From positions 3,021 through 67,020 of the forward strand of contig JAQSXK010000006.1 of assembly GCA_029256705.1 (NCBI GenBank): DNA of 64,000 bases. Direction: 5' to 3'. Of this stretch, positions 45,068-54,471 are shown piece after piece. A program made the translations under genes and the position numbers. How positions within the stretch are numbered: the stretch's first letter is position 1; each line of letters starts with the position of its first letter. The DNA is from Clostridia bacterium. GTDB taxonomy: Bacteria; Bacillota; Clostridia; TANB77; CAG-465. Under the pieces are notes generated by a model. That model saw only the letters and a list, made by a program, of their open reading frames with translations, was not told the DNA's origin and made no database searches.

Positions 45068-45638
45068 GATGGTAGAAAATTAGGTAAATTTTACGGTTTA
45101 GGTCTAGTAGAATTTCTCTATTCTTTACTAAATATTACTATTTAGTCGTTTCCATTTAAAAAGAATATTCTTTGGTTACCCAAAAGACAACTAGATCACC
45201 ACTTAAATCCGTACCTTAATCCCTAAAAACCTTCGCTTTTAATAAAGCAAACATTCTAGAAGTTTTCCTAAAAAATATACTGCTACCTATTATTAGTCTT
45301 TTTCGCAATAATAATTTCATTATCATAAGTTAAAAATTATGGCCAATAATCAAATAACTCTTAAAATAAATCCCAATAATATCACTCAAGACAGGCTACA
45401 CTATGCATTGTGTCTTGGCACTTAACATAGGTTACACTTAATAATTTTGAACATTAAGTCTCCACGAAATTAGGGAATAAGCTGTATGCCATTACAACGT
45501 ACCCTAATTTCTTTACTCCCTGAAACCACGCAGAACTGGGCGTTCTGCGCATTAACAAGGAACTTCAACGATGTGCCTTTTAGTGGATTTTTAGCCCCAC
45601 CCTCACAACAGACAGTATAACTAGAATAATGCACCATC
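45068..45638 (-). ncRNA. ole: OLE RNA (ornate, large, extremophilic), about 570 nt
   Basis: Sense strand GAUGGUGCAUUAUUCUAGU...GGGGCUAAAAAUCCACUAAAAGGCACAUCGUUGAAGUUCCU...CCCAGU...GGGAGU...AAUGGCAU...GUGGAG...AGUGUAGCCUGUCUUGAGUG...AGGAAAACUUCUAG...CCGUAA...UACCAUC. These conserved OLE blocks are in order, the 5' and 3' ends pair, and oapA follows. Confidence 0.93.
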
Positions 45639-45646
45639 AATAATAT

Positions 45647-45675
45647 ATTATATCATAAAATTTGCTTAAATGCAA
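45647..45675 (-). promoter_or_regulatory. SigA promoter of ole-oapA
   Basis: TTGCAT-17-TATAAT with extended -10 TGn, about 8 nt upstream of the RNA 5' end. Confidence 0.75.
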
Positions 45676-45784
45676 ATTTGTATCAAAAACACTTAAAGTT
45701 TTTTCATGTGTGTTACATTATATAATATTATATTTTATGTGTTTTATACACAAAAAACGCACATAATATTAATGAATTTTATAT

Positions 45785-46360
45785 TTATTTTTTCCACAAT
45801 CCTGTATTGTTTTTTATTGCTTCTGATGCTAGTTCCTTAAAAATTTTAGAGTATTTAATATCTGGTGGGTAGGTAAATACATTTGCATATCCATTTTTAA
45901 GTAGTAGTCCATTAAACATTTTAGACTCAATTTCCTCTTTAGAAATTTCCACTGGAGTTTCTAACCAAACATAACAAAGCAGACGTCCAAACGTATCTGT
46001 TTTACTAACATCCTTTTCAAGAAAAATATTCTTATTCAGCAATATTGATTTAGTATACTGTGTTGATTCCTTTCCGTAGAATTCAACTTTAGATGTATAT
46101 TCTGGACAATCTATCCCTATAAGTCTAACTTTATATTTTTTGGAATCAATAAGAACCTCTATTGTATCCCCATCAACAATTCTAGAGACATAAGCTTTCA
46201 AGGTATTATTTAAAATAGTAGATTCATCAAGTTTTTTTGGCTTATTAGAAACTGTTTGAGAATTATAAGTGATAAATTTGTCTATATTTTCAATATATTG
46301 ACTCGTATAAATTACAACAATTAATGATAATCCAATAATAAATTTATTTCTTCTTTTCAT
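45785..46360 (-). CDS. Thermonuclease (SNase) family secreted nuclease
   Basis: N-terminal TM; IVDGDT, VRLIGIDCPE, DTFGRLLCYV, GLW. Confidence 0.93.
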   Translation of the reverse strand: MKRRNKFIIGLSLIVVIYTSQYIENIDKFITYNSQTVSNKPKKLDESTILNNTLKAYVSRIVDGDTIEVLIDSKKYKVRLIGIDCPEYTSKVEFYGKESTQYTKSILLNKNIFLEKDVSKTDTFGRLLCYVWLETPVEISKEEIESKMFNGLLLKNGYANVFTYPPDIKYSKIFKELASEAIKNNTGLWKK

Positions 46361-46576
46361 ATTAAGTTCACCTATAATATTATATCATTTAAATAAATAT
46401 TTTCAATTTAAATAAACTGATATTTAACTATTATTATGTTACAAATTAAGATTGTCTTTGTTTTAATATGATTGTTTGTTGTTAAAAATAAAAACTAAAT
46501 TTTATTATTTTCAACAATGACAGCGAAAAGATTAAAAACAATTTACATAAAATATTTACATAATTATGAAAAAAGG

Positions 46577-46606
46577 TTGACATAATGATTGGAGATGTGT
46601 TATAAT
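46577..46606 (+). promoter_or_regulatory. SigA promoter of the BY-kinase operon
   Basis: TTGACA-18-TATAAT. Confidence 0.7.
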
Positions 46607-46699
46607 AAGATATAAGTTAGTAACGACAGAATATGACATAAGGTGTTTGTAGGGGGTTGTTTACTAAATATCTATAAATATTAAGAGGAGGAAATTTAA

Positions 46700-47389
46700 A
46701 TGGAGGAATTAGAACTAAAAGATATTTTGAATATTTTTTTTCAAAAAATAGTTCTTGTAATTATTATAACAGCTATTATAACAACAGCTGGAATGCTTTA
46801 TACTTTGTTTGTACAAACTCCAATGTATAAATCTGATGTGACTATGGTGTTAACAGCGCCAACAAGTTTAAAAGATGAATCAAAGTCAGCAGACACAATA
46901 ACGCAAAGTGATGTGCTGCTTAATCAAAAGCTAGTTTCTACATATGGAGAGATTGTTAAATCAAGAAAAATTGCTAGTCAAGTAATTGATAAATTAAAAC
47001 TTAGCTACAGTCCAGACGAATTAAACAATATGATTTCAGTAAATTCTAAAAAGGATACAGAAATGTTACAAATAACAGTTTCTAATGAAGATCCAAAAAT
47101 AGCAGCGGATGTAGCAAATAATGTTGCTGAGGTCTTTGGGAAAGAAATCGTTAACATATATAACATTAAGAATGTATCGATAATTGATAGAGCTTTAGAA
47201 ACGGATTCGCCATACAATATAAGTATTGTGAAACAAATAATTTTATTTTTCTTTTCAGGTATAGTAATATCATTATTTTTCGTATTTATTTCTTATTATT
47301 TTGATACTACAGTAAAAGATCCTGAAGAAGTAGAAAAAAGATTAGGTATGTCTGTACTTTCAGCAATACCAATCTATAAAAATAATTGA
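46700..47389 (+). CDS. CpsC/CapA/Wzz-type transmembrane kinase modulator
   Basis: Two TM segments, PMYKS, YFDTTVKDPEEVE, LSAIP. Confidence 0.9.
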   Translation: MEELELKDILNIFFQKIVLVIIITAIITTAGMLYTLFVQTPMYKSDVTMVLTAPTSLKDESKSADTITQSDVLLNQKLVSTYGEIVKSRKIASQVIDKLKLSYSPDELNNMISVNSKKDTEMLQITVSNEDPKIAADVANNVAEVFGKEIVNIYNIKNVSIIDRALETDSPYNISIVKQIILFFFSGIVISLFFVFISYYFDTTVKDPEEVEKRLGMSVLSAIPIYKNN

Positions 47390-47399
47390 GGTGAAAAAT

Positions 47400-48212
47400 A
47401 TGGGTAAATCACTAAGAACAAAGGCAAAAGTAGTTAATGAATTAATAGTAAAAGAAGATCCTAAATCTCCAATATCTGAAAAATTAAGAACTTTAAGAAC
47501 TAATATACTATTTTCAGCTGTTGATGAAGAAATAAAAACAATTCTTATAACAAGTCCTACCCCAGGTGATGGAAAAAGTTGGACTTCAGCTAATTTGGCA
47601 GTAGCTTTTGCGCAAACTGGTAGTAAGGTTTTACTTATCGATGGAGACTTAAGAAAAGGAAGACAACACAAAATATTTGGATTAAGCAATGAGTTTGGAT
47701 TTTCAAACTATTTGCTTGAATATGGAAAGAAAAAAATAATTAATAATTATCAAACAGATGAAGATGATTCAGAAAATGAAATTATTTCAGATGTAAAGGT
47801 TGAAAAACCAGTTGTAACAAAATTTCATGAAACATCTGTTCCAAATTTAACTGTAATGACTGCAGGAAGTGTTCCGCCAAATCCTTCAGAATTACTGGGA
47901 TCTAAAAAAATGCTAAAGTTTCTTGAAAGTATAAAGAAAAGATATAGCATAATAATATTTGATGGACCACCAGTAAATGTAGTAACGGATTCTCTTATAT
48001 TAACAAGATTAGTAGATACTACAGTATTGGTAGCTTCAGTTAAAAATACACAAGTTAAACATTTAATTACAGCTAAAAAAACAATTGAAAATGTTGGAGG
48101 AAAACTAGCAGGTGTGGTTGTAAATAAAATACCTGTTACAAGCGGAAAGCAATATACTGAATATTATGAATATTATCAAAGAAAAGAAGATGCTAAGAAA
48201 AATATAAAGTAG
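47400..48212 (+). CDS. CpsD/CapB-type BY-kinase
   Basis: ExxRxxRTN, SPTPGDGKS, LIDGDLR, PPNPSELL, IFDGPP, C-terminal tyrosine cluster YTEYYEYY. Confidence 0.93.
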   Translation: MGKSLRTKAKVVNELIVKEDPKSPISEKLRTLRTNILFSAVDEEIKTILITSPTPGDGKSWTSANLAVAFAQTGSKVLLIDGDLRKGRQHKIFGLSNEFGFSNYLLEYGKKKIINNYQTDEDDSENEIISDVKVEKPVVTKFHETSVPNLTVMTAGSVPPNPSELLGSKKMLKFLESIKKRYSIIIFDGPPVNVVTDSLILTRLVDTTVLVASVKNTQVKHLITAKKTIENVGGKLAGVVVNKIPVTSGKQYTEYYEYYQRKEDAKKNIK

Positions 48213-48227
48213 GATGAAGGTGGAATA

Positions 48228-48998
48228 ATGTTAGATTTACATACACATATAATTCCTGGGGTTGATGACGGTTCTAAAAACATAGGTGAGACAATAGAAA
48301 TATTGAAAAAAGCAAAATTAGCTGGTTATTTAGGCGTAGTAGCGACTCCTCATTATATAGAAGGCTCGTATGCAACTAATAATGCAGATAAAATGAAGTA
48401 TATTAAGGATATAAAAACTGAACTTAGATTGCAGAATATTGATTTAGAAATATATATTGGAAATGAAGTTTTTATAACAGATACTATTGAAAATCTTTTA
48501 TATTCTGGTAAAATCTCTTCGATAAATAATTCGAAATATATGCTTATAGAACTACCTATGGCTGGTGGATCTAATGGTTTACAAAGTTGTATCTTTAAAG
48601 TGTTTTCATTAGGATACATTCCTATAATTGCACATCCAGAAAGATATTCATTTGTACAAAAGGATCCTAATAAGCTATTAGATTATATTGAGCAAGGAGT
48701 ACTATTTCAACTTAATTCAGGTAGTCTATTTGGACATTATGGTAAAACAGCTAAAAAAACAGCTAGAATTTTAATTAAACATAATATGGTACAATTCATT
48801 GCAACAGATATTCATAGTGAAAAAAGTTCTAGTTATAGTCAAATATCTGATGTTTGTAAGCTCATTTCAAAATTAACTTATGAAGAAAATGTAGATATTT
48901 TGATGAATAAAAATCCCAATGATGTAATCAATAATAATAAAATAATTTTTAATGAACCCACAAAATATAAAAAAGGATTATTTGAAATTTTCAAATAA
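48228..48998 (+). CDS. CpsB/CapC PHP-type tyrosine phosphatase
   Basis: DLHTHIIPGVDDG, ATPH, AHPERY, ATDIH. Confidence 0.93.
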   Translation: MLDLHTHIIPGVDDGSKNIGETIEILKKAKLAGYLGVVATPHYIEGSYATNNADKMKYIKDIKTELRLQNIDLEIYIGNEVFITDTIENLLYSGKISSINNSKYMLIELPMAGGSNGLQSCIFKVFSLGYIPIIAHPERYSFVQKDPNKLLDYIEQGVLFQLNSGSLFGHYGKTAKKTARILIKHNMVQFIATDIHSEKSSSYSQISDVCKLISKLTYEENVDILMNKNPNDVINNNKIIFNEPTKYKKGLFEIFK

Positions 48999-49067
48999 TT
49001 TATTCAAATCACCCATTATATATTATAATATGTATAAAATATTACATAATATATAATGGGTGATTTT

Positions 49068-50618
49068 ATGAAAAAATTTAATAATATTCTAATTACATTA
49101 ATATCTGATTTAACTAAAATTGTAATCATGATAATTTTAATATATGTTCAAATTGAATTTGTTAAAATAGAAGTTCAAGAAAGTAAGGATTTAGTAATAT
49201 ATTTAAATTTTGCAGTAGAGTTATTAAAGGTAATTTTAGTTATACATATAATATACAAATTTCAAAGTGCATCTTACAAATTATTATGGATAATTTTAAT
49301 AATGTTTTTTCCTATATTGGGCGCAATATTATACCTTATACTTGGAAATTCAGAAGTATCTAAATCTTTTAAAAAACGAATTGACGAAGAATACTCAAAT
49401 TCACAACAATTTATAGAAAAAAATTATGAAGAATTCGAAGAGATTAAAATATTAGATAAGGTTATGTATAATCAAGTAAATTATATATATAATACAAACA
49501 AATTGCCTATATATAAAAATTCAAATTTACAATATTTAAAAAGTGGAGAAGAATATTTTGAATCAATTCTAAAAGATATTGCAAATGCAAGGGAATACAT
49601 ATTTATACAATATTTCACTATAAGTGAAGGAAGTATGTGGAATAGATTATTTGATGGTTTAAAACAGAAGTCACTAGAGAAGGTGAAAATTTATATTATT
49701 GTAGATGGAATGGGTAACCAAGGAAAATTTCCTGAAAAATTCAAACTAAATTTAGAACAATTTGGAATAAAATTTTACATATTTAATTCATCATTAATAT
49801 CAATTAATGAATATTTAAACTATAGAAACCATAGAAAAATAGTTGTAATAGACGGTAATATCGCATATACAGGTGGTGTTAATATAGGCGATGAATATAT
49901 TAATTTGGATAAAAGATACGGACATTGGAAAGATTCTGGAATCAAAATTTTTGGAAGGGCAGTAACAAGTTATATAATAATGTTTATTAGAATGTGGAAT
50001 CTTTGCAATAAAAAAAATTATTTAGATTATAAAAAATTTATAAATAAAATAAGTAAAGAAGATATTGGTAAAGGATATATAGTACCTTACTGTGACTCGC
50101 CGGATAATAAAAATAATACGGCGCAAAATTTATATATTCAAATTATAAATTCATCAAAGAATTATGTATATATAATGACGCCTTACTTAAGTTTAGATAG
50201 TGACGTTGTTACAGCATTTGTAAATGCAGCAAAATCTGGTGTTGATGTGAGAATAATAACTCCATATATTTCAGACAAATTAGTGATGCACTTTATAAAT
50301 AGGGCATTTTATCAAGTATTGCTTGAAGCAGGTGTTAAAATATACGAATATAAACCAGGATTTGTTCATTCTAAAGTGTTTATATCTGATGACGAATTGG
50401 CTACAGTTGGAAGCATAAATCTTGATTTTAGAGGGTTATATTTCCATTTTGAATGTGGAAATTGGATTTATAGAACTGGAGAAGAGCAAAAAATTAAAGA
50501 AGATTTTTTGGATACGCAAGAGAAATCATTAGAAATAAATTTAGTTGAATGGAATAGACGTGGTATTATTAAAAGAATAATTGATAAAATAATTGTAACT
50601 TTTTCGCCGTTAGTATAG
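49068..50618 (+). CDS. cls: Cardiolipin synthase
   Basis: PLDc_N, two HKD motifs (NHRKIVVIDG and HSKVFISDD), GSINLDFR. Confidence 0.93.
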   Translation: MKKFNNILITLISDLTKIVIMIILIYVQIEFVKIEVQESKDLVIYLNFAVELLKVILVIHIIYKFQSASYKLLWIILIMFFPILGAILYLILGNSEVSKSFKKRIDEEYSNSQQFIEKNYEEFEEIKILDKVMYNQVNYIYNTNKLPIYKNSNLQYLKSGEEYFESILKDIANAREYIFIQYFTISEGSMWNRLFDGLKQKSLEKVKIYIIVDGMGNQGKFPEKFKLNLEQFGIKFYIFNSSLISINEYLNYRNHRKIVVIDGNIAYTGGVNIGDEYINLDKRYGHWKDSGIKIFGRAVTSYIIMFIRMWNLCNKKNYLDYKKFINKISKEDIGKGYIVPYCDSPDNKNNTAQNLYIQIINSSKNYVYIMTPYLSLDSDVVTAFVNAAKSGVDVRIITPYISDKLVMHFINRAFYQVLLEAGVKIYEYKPGFVHSKVFISDDELATVGSINLDFRGLYFHFECGNWIYRTGEEQKIKEDFLDTQEKSLEINLVEWNRRGIIKRIIDKIIVTFSPLV

Positions 50619-50779
50619 GATTAATAGCGGGTTTTCATCTTGTATACTATGAAAAACATACTCATTATGTATAATTTTATTGAAAAGATTGACATAAATA
50701 TGACTTTGTGATATAATATCTATGCAATTAAATATTAGATATTTAAATTTAAAATAAATTTATTGGAGGAGTGTAAAAT

Positions 50780-51022
50780 ATGAATGAGCATATGTTGAGT
50801 GGTGCAAGTGCCTATATTAAAGATTTTACTGAATGGTATCTAAAAAACGAAAATCCCCCGGATATTAGGGTATTTGTTAATGACAGATTTTCTGAATGCT
50901 CAGAGAGCAAAAAAAGGGAATTATATGAAATCTTCGTTAAACTAAGTACAATAATCTCCAATGGTGATACATGTAATCAGGATACAATTGATATAGCTAA
51001 CAGCTTAGTTAAGATCCTTTGA
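50780..51022 (+). CDS. Hypothetical protein (80 aa)
   Basis: RBS GGGAG, own TTGACA-17-TATAAT promoter (50689-50717) and a downstream terminator. Confidence 0.7.
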   Translation: MNEHMLSGASAYIKDFTEWYLKNENPPDIRVFVNDRFSECSESKKRELYEIFVKLSTIISNGDTCNQDTIDIANSLVKIL

Positions 51023-51057
51023 TAAATAAAATATCATATAAAATTAAATTAAATATA

Positions 51058-51098
51058 AAAACTCTTACGAATACATTTTTATTCGTGAGAGTTTTTAC
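51058..51098. terminator. Bidirectional terminator between convergent genes
   Basis: aaaactcttacgaata...tattcgtgagagtttt. Confidence 0.75.
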
Positions 51099-51099
51099 T

Positions 51100-52734
51100 T
51101 TATATAGTCATTTCATTTGCACATGGTTTTAGATTTTTAAGTTCATAACCTCTTTTTCCTTTTTCTAAGTTAATGCTTTTATGTGTAGATTTTAAATGTG
51201 ATGAATCTTTTTCTTTTTCAATGCAATTTTTAAATCCAATTTTAATCATTTCTAAAATTTTTTCTCTTTGATTTAAACTACTTTTTGATAAAAGTTTAAT
51301 ATCATCCAAATTTGCAATTTGTCGGTAGATTTTTTTAATTGACCCTTTTATTTCTTCTACATCCTTCAATTTTCTGCTAAAACTTTCTTCTTGAAGATTA
51401 CTTTCGATTTTAGTAAGATTATCATTAATTATATTTAGAAAGTTAGGCTTTTTTAACTTATTTTTGCTAATTTCTTGAATTGAACAAATAATAGACATAT
51501 TATATTTTGCCCCAGTATTAGTTCCATATCTTTGTATATCACTTATAATTTCGTTTTCCGAAATATCATTACTTTTTTCAATCAAAACGTATGAATTTCC
51601 TCCACCTTTTGCAACAATATTTGAATACATCTTAATGTTTTTTTCTTTAAGCACATTTTTTACATGTTCTAGTGAATCAGAAATTGCAATGTCACCTGCA
51701 TCATGCCCATGAGTATCATTTATATTTTTTAATCCTGATAAATCAACAGCAAGAATACTAAAACCTTTAGAACCCTTATCTTTCATTATATTTTTATATG
51801 CCTTTCTATATCCAAGGCCTTGAAAATATTCTGAACTTATTACATCATTCACAGGGTGCTTTGATAACATGCTAGCTAATACATATTCATTTATTAGATG
51901 AGTCTTATTTCCATATAATGATTTAGCTTCATCGGTATATTGTCTTTTTAATTTTTCAAACGTATCCTGCTTATCTGCTGTACCTAAATCTTGCGAAATA
52001 TGACTATCTGAAACTATATCATCCATATCTAATTGTTCAATTGCTTTATCGAAAGTGTTTCTTAAATCTGGTTTGTTACTATTCTTAAGTTTTTCCATAT
52101 TTATTCTCATTTTATCTAATTGTGTTTCAACAACCGTATTAACAATTTTTTCCAAATCATTCCCACAAATACTTCTTAATCTTTCACTTTTAAAAATGCC
52201 TTTGTTTTCTGCCATTTTTTCATCTGCAATATTCATTGCATGTGTTAAGCCATTTGATAAATCTGAACATGATCCTACACTAATAGTTAGTTCATTTTCC
52301 TTTACCTTTTTTAAATCATCTACAATGGTATTTGCTTCTTGCTCGTTTTTATCTGGCAAATATATATATATTTCATCTCCCATTTTTGCTATTTTGTAAT
52401 TTTTACATTCGTTTTCGTTTAGAGAAACTTTTATTTTATCTATCATACTTTTAATCATACTATTTACTTTTTCTTTTCCTCTAAATTTATTTGCGACAAA
52501 TAAATCATTAATATCTGCCATTATTATGGTTCCCTCTGGTGATTGTCTTATCATTTCATCCGCGAACATTCTAAATGCTGGCATAGACAACACGCCATAT
52601 TGCTTAATATATGTAAAACTATCTATTATTTGTTTGTTAGTTGATTTACTAGATAATTTATCTATATATCTTTTTGCAATATTTAGTATATCTTTTTGTT
52701 TATTTAATACCACTGGTAGTTTATCATTTGCCAT
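51100..52734 (-). CDS. Cytoplasmic protein with two degenerate GGDEF (palm) domains
   Basis: Domain 1: IIMADINDL..ANKFRG..KMGDEI..TISVG..ADEKM..K. Domain 2: AVDLSGLKNINDTHGHDAGD..KGGGNS. Confidence 0.8.
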   Translation of the reverse strand: MANDKLPVVLNKQKDILNIAKRYIDKLSSKSTNKQIIDSFTYIKQYGVLSMPAFRMFADEMIRQSPEGTIIMADINDLFVANKFRGKEKVNSMIKSMIDKIKVSLNENECKNYKIAKMGDEIYIYLPDKNEQEANTIVDDLKKVKENELTISVGSCSDLSNGLTHAMNIADEKMAENKGIFKSERLRSICGNDLEKIVNTVVETQLDKMRINMEKLKNSNKPDLRNTFDKAIEQLDMDDIVSDSHISQDLGTADKQDTFEKLKRQYTDEAKSLYGNKTHLINEYVLASMLSKHPVNDVISSEYFQGLGYRKAYKNIMKDKGSKGFSILAVDLSGLKNINDTHGHDAGDIAISDSLEHVKNVLKEKNIKMYSNIVAKGGGNSYVLIEKSNDISENEIISDIQRYGTNTGAKYNMSIICSIQEISKNKLKKPNFLNIINDNLTKIESNLQEESFSRKLKDVEEIKGSIKKIYRQIANLDDIKLLSKSSLNQREKILEMIKIGFKNCIEKEKDSSHLKSTHKSINLEKGKRGYELKNLKPCANEMTI

Positions 52735-53021
52735 AAATAAAATCCCCTTTTTTCACCTTTTTATTGCATTATATCATAACAATATTTTTTTTTCAATATA
52801 TATACTAATTTTAATAAATAAATTTAATAGATTGAATTTATTTATTAAAATAAAAAAGATAGAAACATTAAATCTACCCGTTCATTTTTAATTCACTCTA
52901 CCTTAAATATTATATGAATTACAAAAAGATATATACAATTAATTAAAATAATATGAAATTAAATTATTAGAACAAGGTAAAATAAAAAAACTACCTTTTT
53001 GAGGTAGTTTTATATATAATT

Positions 53022-53171
53022 TTAAAATATGTCATTTGGGTAATAAGGTTCAATGCAATCTTTTTTATTATTGCAAAAACATGAAAATATTATAAATATT
53101 ATAATAAGTATAATTATACAACTACAACCAGAACCGAATATTCCACCTGTACTACAACGATCTTCACTCAT
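53022..53171 (-). CDS. Cys-rich single-TM microprotein (49 aa), YjcZ/SscA-like
   Basis: RBS GGAGG + ATG; MSEDRCSTGGIFGSGCSCIIILIIIFIIFSCFCNNKKDCIEPYYPNDIF; terminator at about 52985-53012. Not in the ORF track. Confidence 0.75.
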   Translation of the reverse strand: MSEDRCSTGGIFGSGCSCIIILIIIFIIFSCFCNNKKDCIEPYYPNDIF

Positions 53172-53182
53172 ATGAATACCTC

Positions 53183-53995
53183 CTAACGATTATTATAACT
53201 GTTTTGAAACATATTTATATTTTCCTGTGGCATTACATTAATCATTGGATTTGTAAATATTGGTTGCTGTTCTATAATTGGTTGCATATATTCAGAATTC
53301 TTTTTAAAGCATAAATACCAATCCATACAATTGTATCCCATAGGATTTTTTACTCTTTCTAATAATTCATCATAGGTTTTTGGATAAGGAACTATTACTG
53401 ATTGACCTGGCATCCAATTAGCGGGTGTCACAACACCTTCAATATCTGTAGTCTGTAGCGCATCTAATAATCTCAATATTTCTGGAATATTTCTTCCGTT
53501 TGACATTGGATATTGTAGTATAGCCCTTATTTTTTGTTCGGGATCGATAATAAACACACTTCTTACAGTTTGAGTAGCATTTTGATCAGCCGGTAACATT
53601 CCATACATTCTAGCAATTCTCATGTTTCTATCCGCAACAATTGGAAACGGTATTTGTATACCAGTCATTTTATAGATATTATATACCCAAGCTAAATGTG
53701 ATGGATTACTATCAATCGATAAACCAAGTAAATTAGTATTTCTATTTTTGAACTCTGGATAATATTTGGCAAATGCTATAAATTCAGTAGTACATACAGG
53801 TGTAAAATCTCCTGGATGAGAAAAAAATACTAACCATTTCCCTGCGTAATCTGACATTTTAGCAGGTCCAAATGTAGTTTCAGCTATAAATTCAGGTGCC
53901 CTCATTCCTATTGTAAGTAGTGCATCTTGTCTATAGGTATCTGTCATTTCTACAATTTCTCTATGTAAATTATCATTATGATTTTTGTTTTCCAT
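53183..53995 (-). CDS. Peroxiredoxin (Prx6/TDXH type) with a Q/P/M/N-rich tail
   Basis: FSHPGDFTPVCTTE, GRNIPEILR, TPANW, CMDWYLC. Confidence 0.93.
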   Translation of the reverse strand: MENKNHNDNLHREIVEMTDTYRQDALLTIGMRAPEFIAETTFGPAKMSDYAGKWLVFFSHPGDFTPVCTTEFIAFAKYYPEFKNRNTNLLGLSIDSNPSHLAWVYNIYKMTGIQIPFPIVADRNMRIARMYGMLPADQNATQTVRSVFIIDPEQKIRAILQYPMSNGRNIPEILRLLDALQTTDIEGVVTPANWMPGQSVIVPYPKTYDELLERVKNPMGYNCMDWYLCFKKNSEYMQPIIEQQPIFTNPMINVMPQENINMFQNSYNNR

Positions 53996-54154
53996 TTTTT
54001 GTACCTCCTAGTTATATAATATTGATAGTTATTTGCGTTTGTTACATTAATACTTAAATAAAGATGATTTGGGTGGCAATTATATTTAAGATGTTTATTA
54101 TTAGAACAATCTTGTTATAAATTACATATATACTTATATGAGGCGAGTTAAAGT

Positions 54155-54394
54155 ATGGATTCATCAAAAAATCTAATGGATAATTGCGAGGGATATAAAT
54201 TAATTACATTAGCAACTTCGATATCAATTTTTTTAGCTGAAAATTTAAGTTTAGATGACCAAAATGTAATTGGTAATCTTATAGTAGGGGTGGGACAAAA
54301 TTTACTAATAATTGCCGCACAAAATTCTAAATTTCAGGATTGTATTCAAACATGCAAAAACAAAGAAATATCCAACCAAAATGATTGTATCTAA
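54155..54394 (+). CDS. Small hypothetical sporulation-type protein
   Basis: LAENLSLDDQNVIGNLIVGVGQNL pattern; SigK-like AC-17-CATA upstream. Confidence 0.7.
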   Translation: MDSSKNLMDNCEGYKLITLATSISIFLAENLSLDDQNVIGNLIVGVGQNLLIIAAQNSKFQDCIQTCKNKEISNQNDCI

Positions 54395-54471
54395 TAATTT
54401 ACAAAAAGACGTAATAATTTCATTCGAAATCGTTACGTCTTTTTTATTATAATGATTTATATATAATATTA

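Noticed and set aside
45050..45650. Riboswitch, T-box, tmRNA or RNase P RNA as the identity of the long intergenic region
   Set aside because: Their signature motifs were not seen; ordered OLE motifs plus oapA explain the region.
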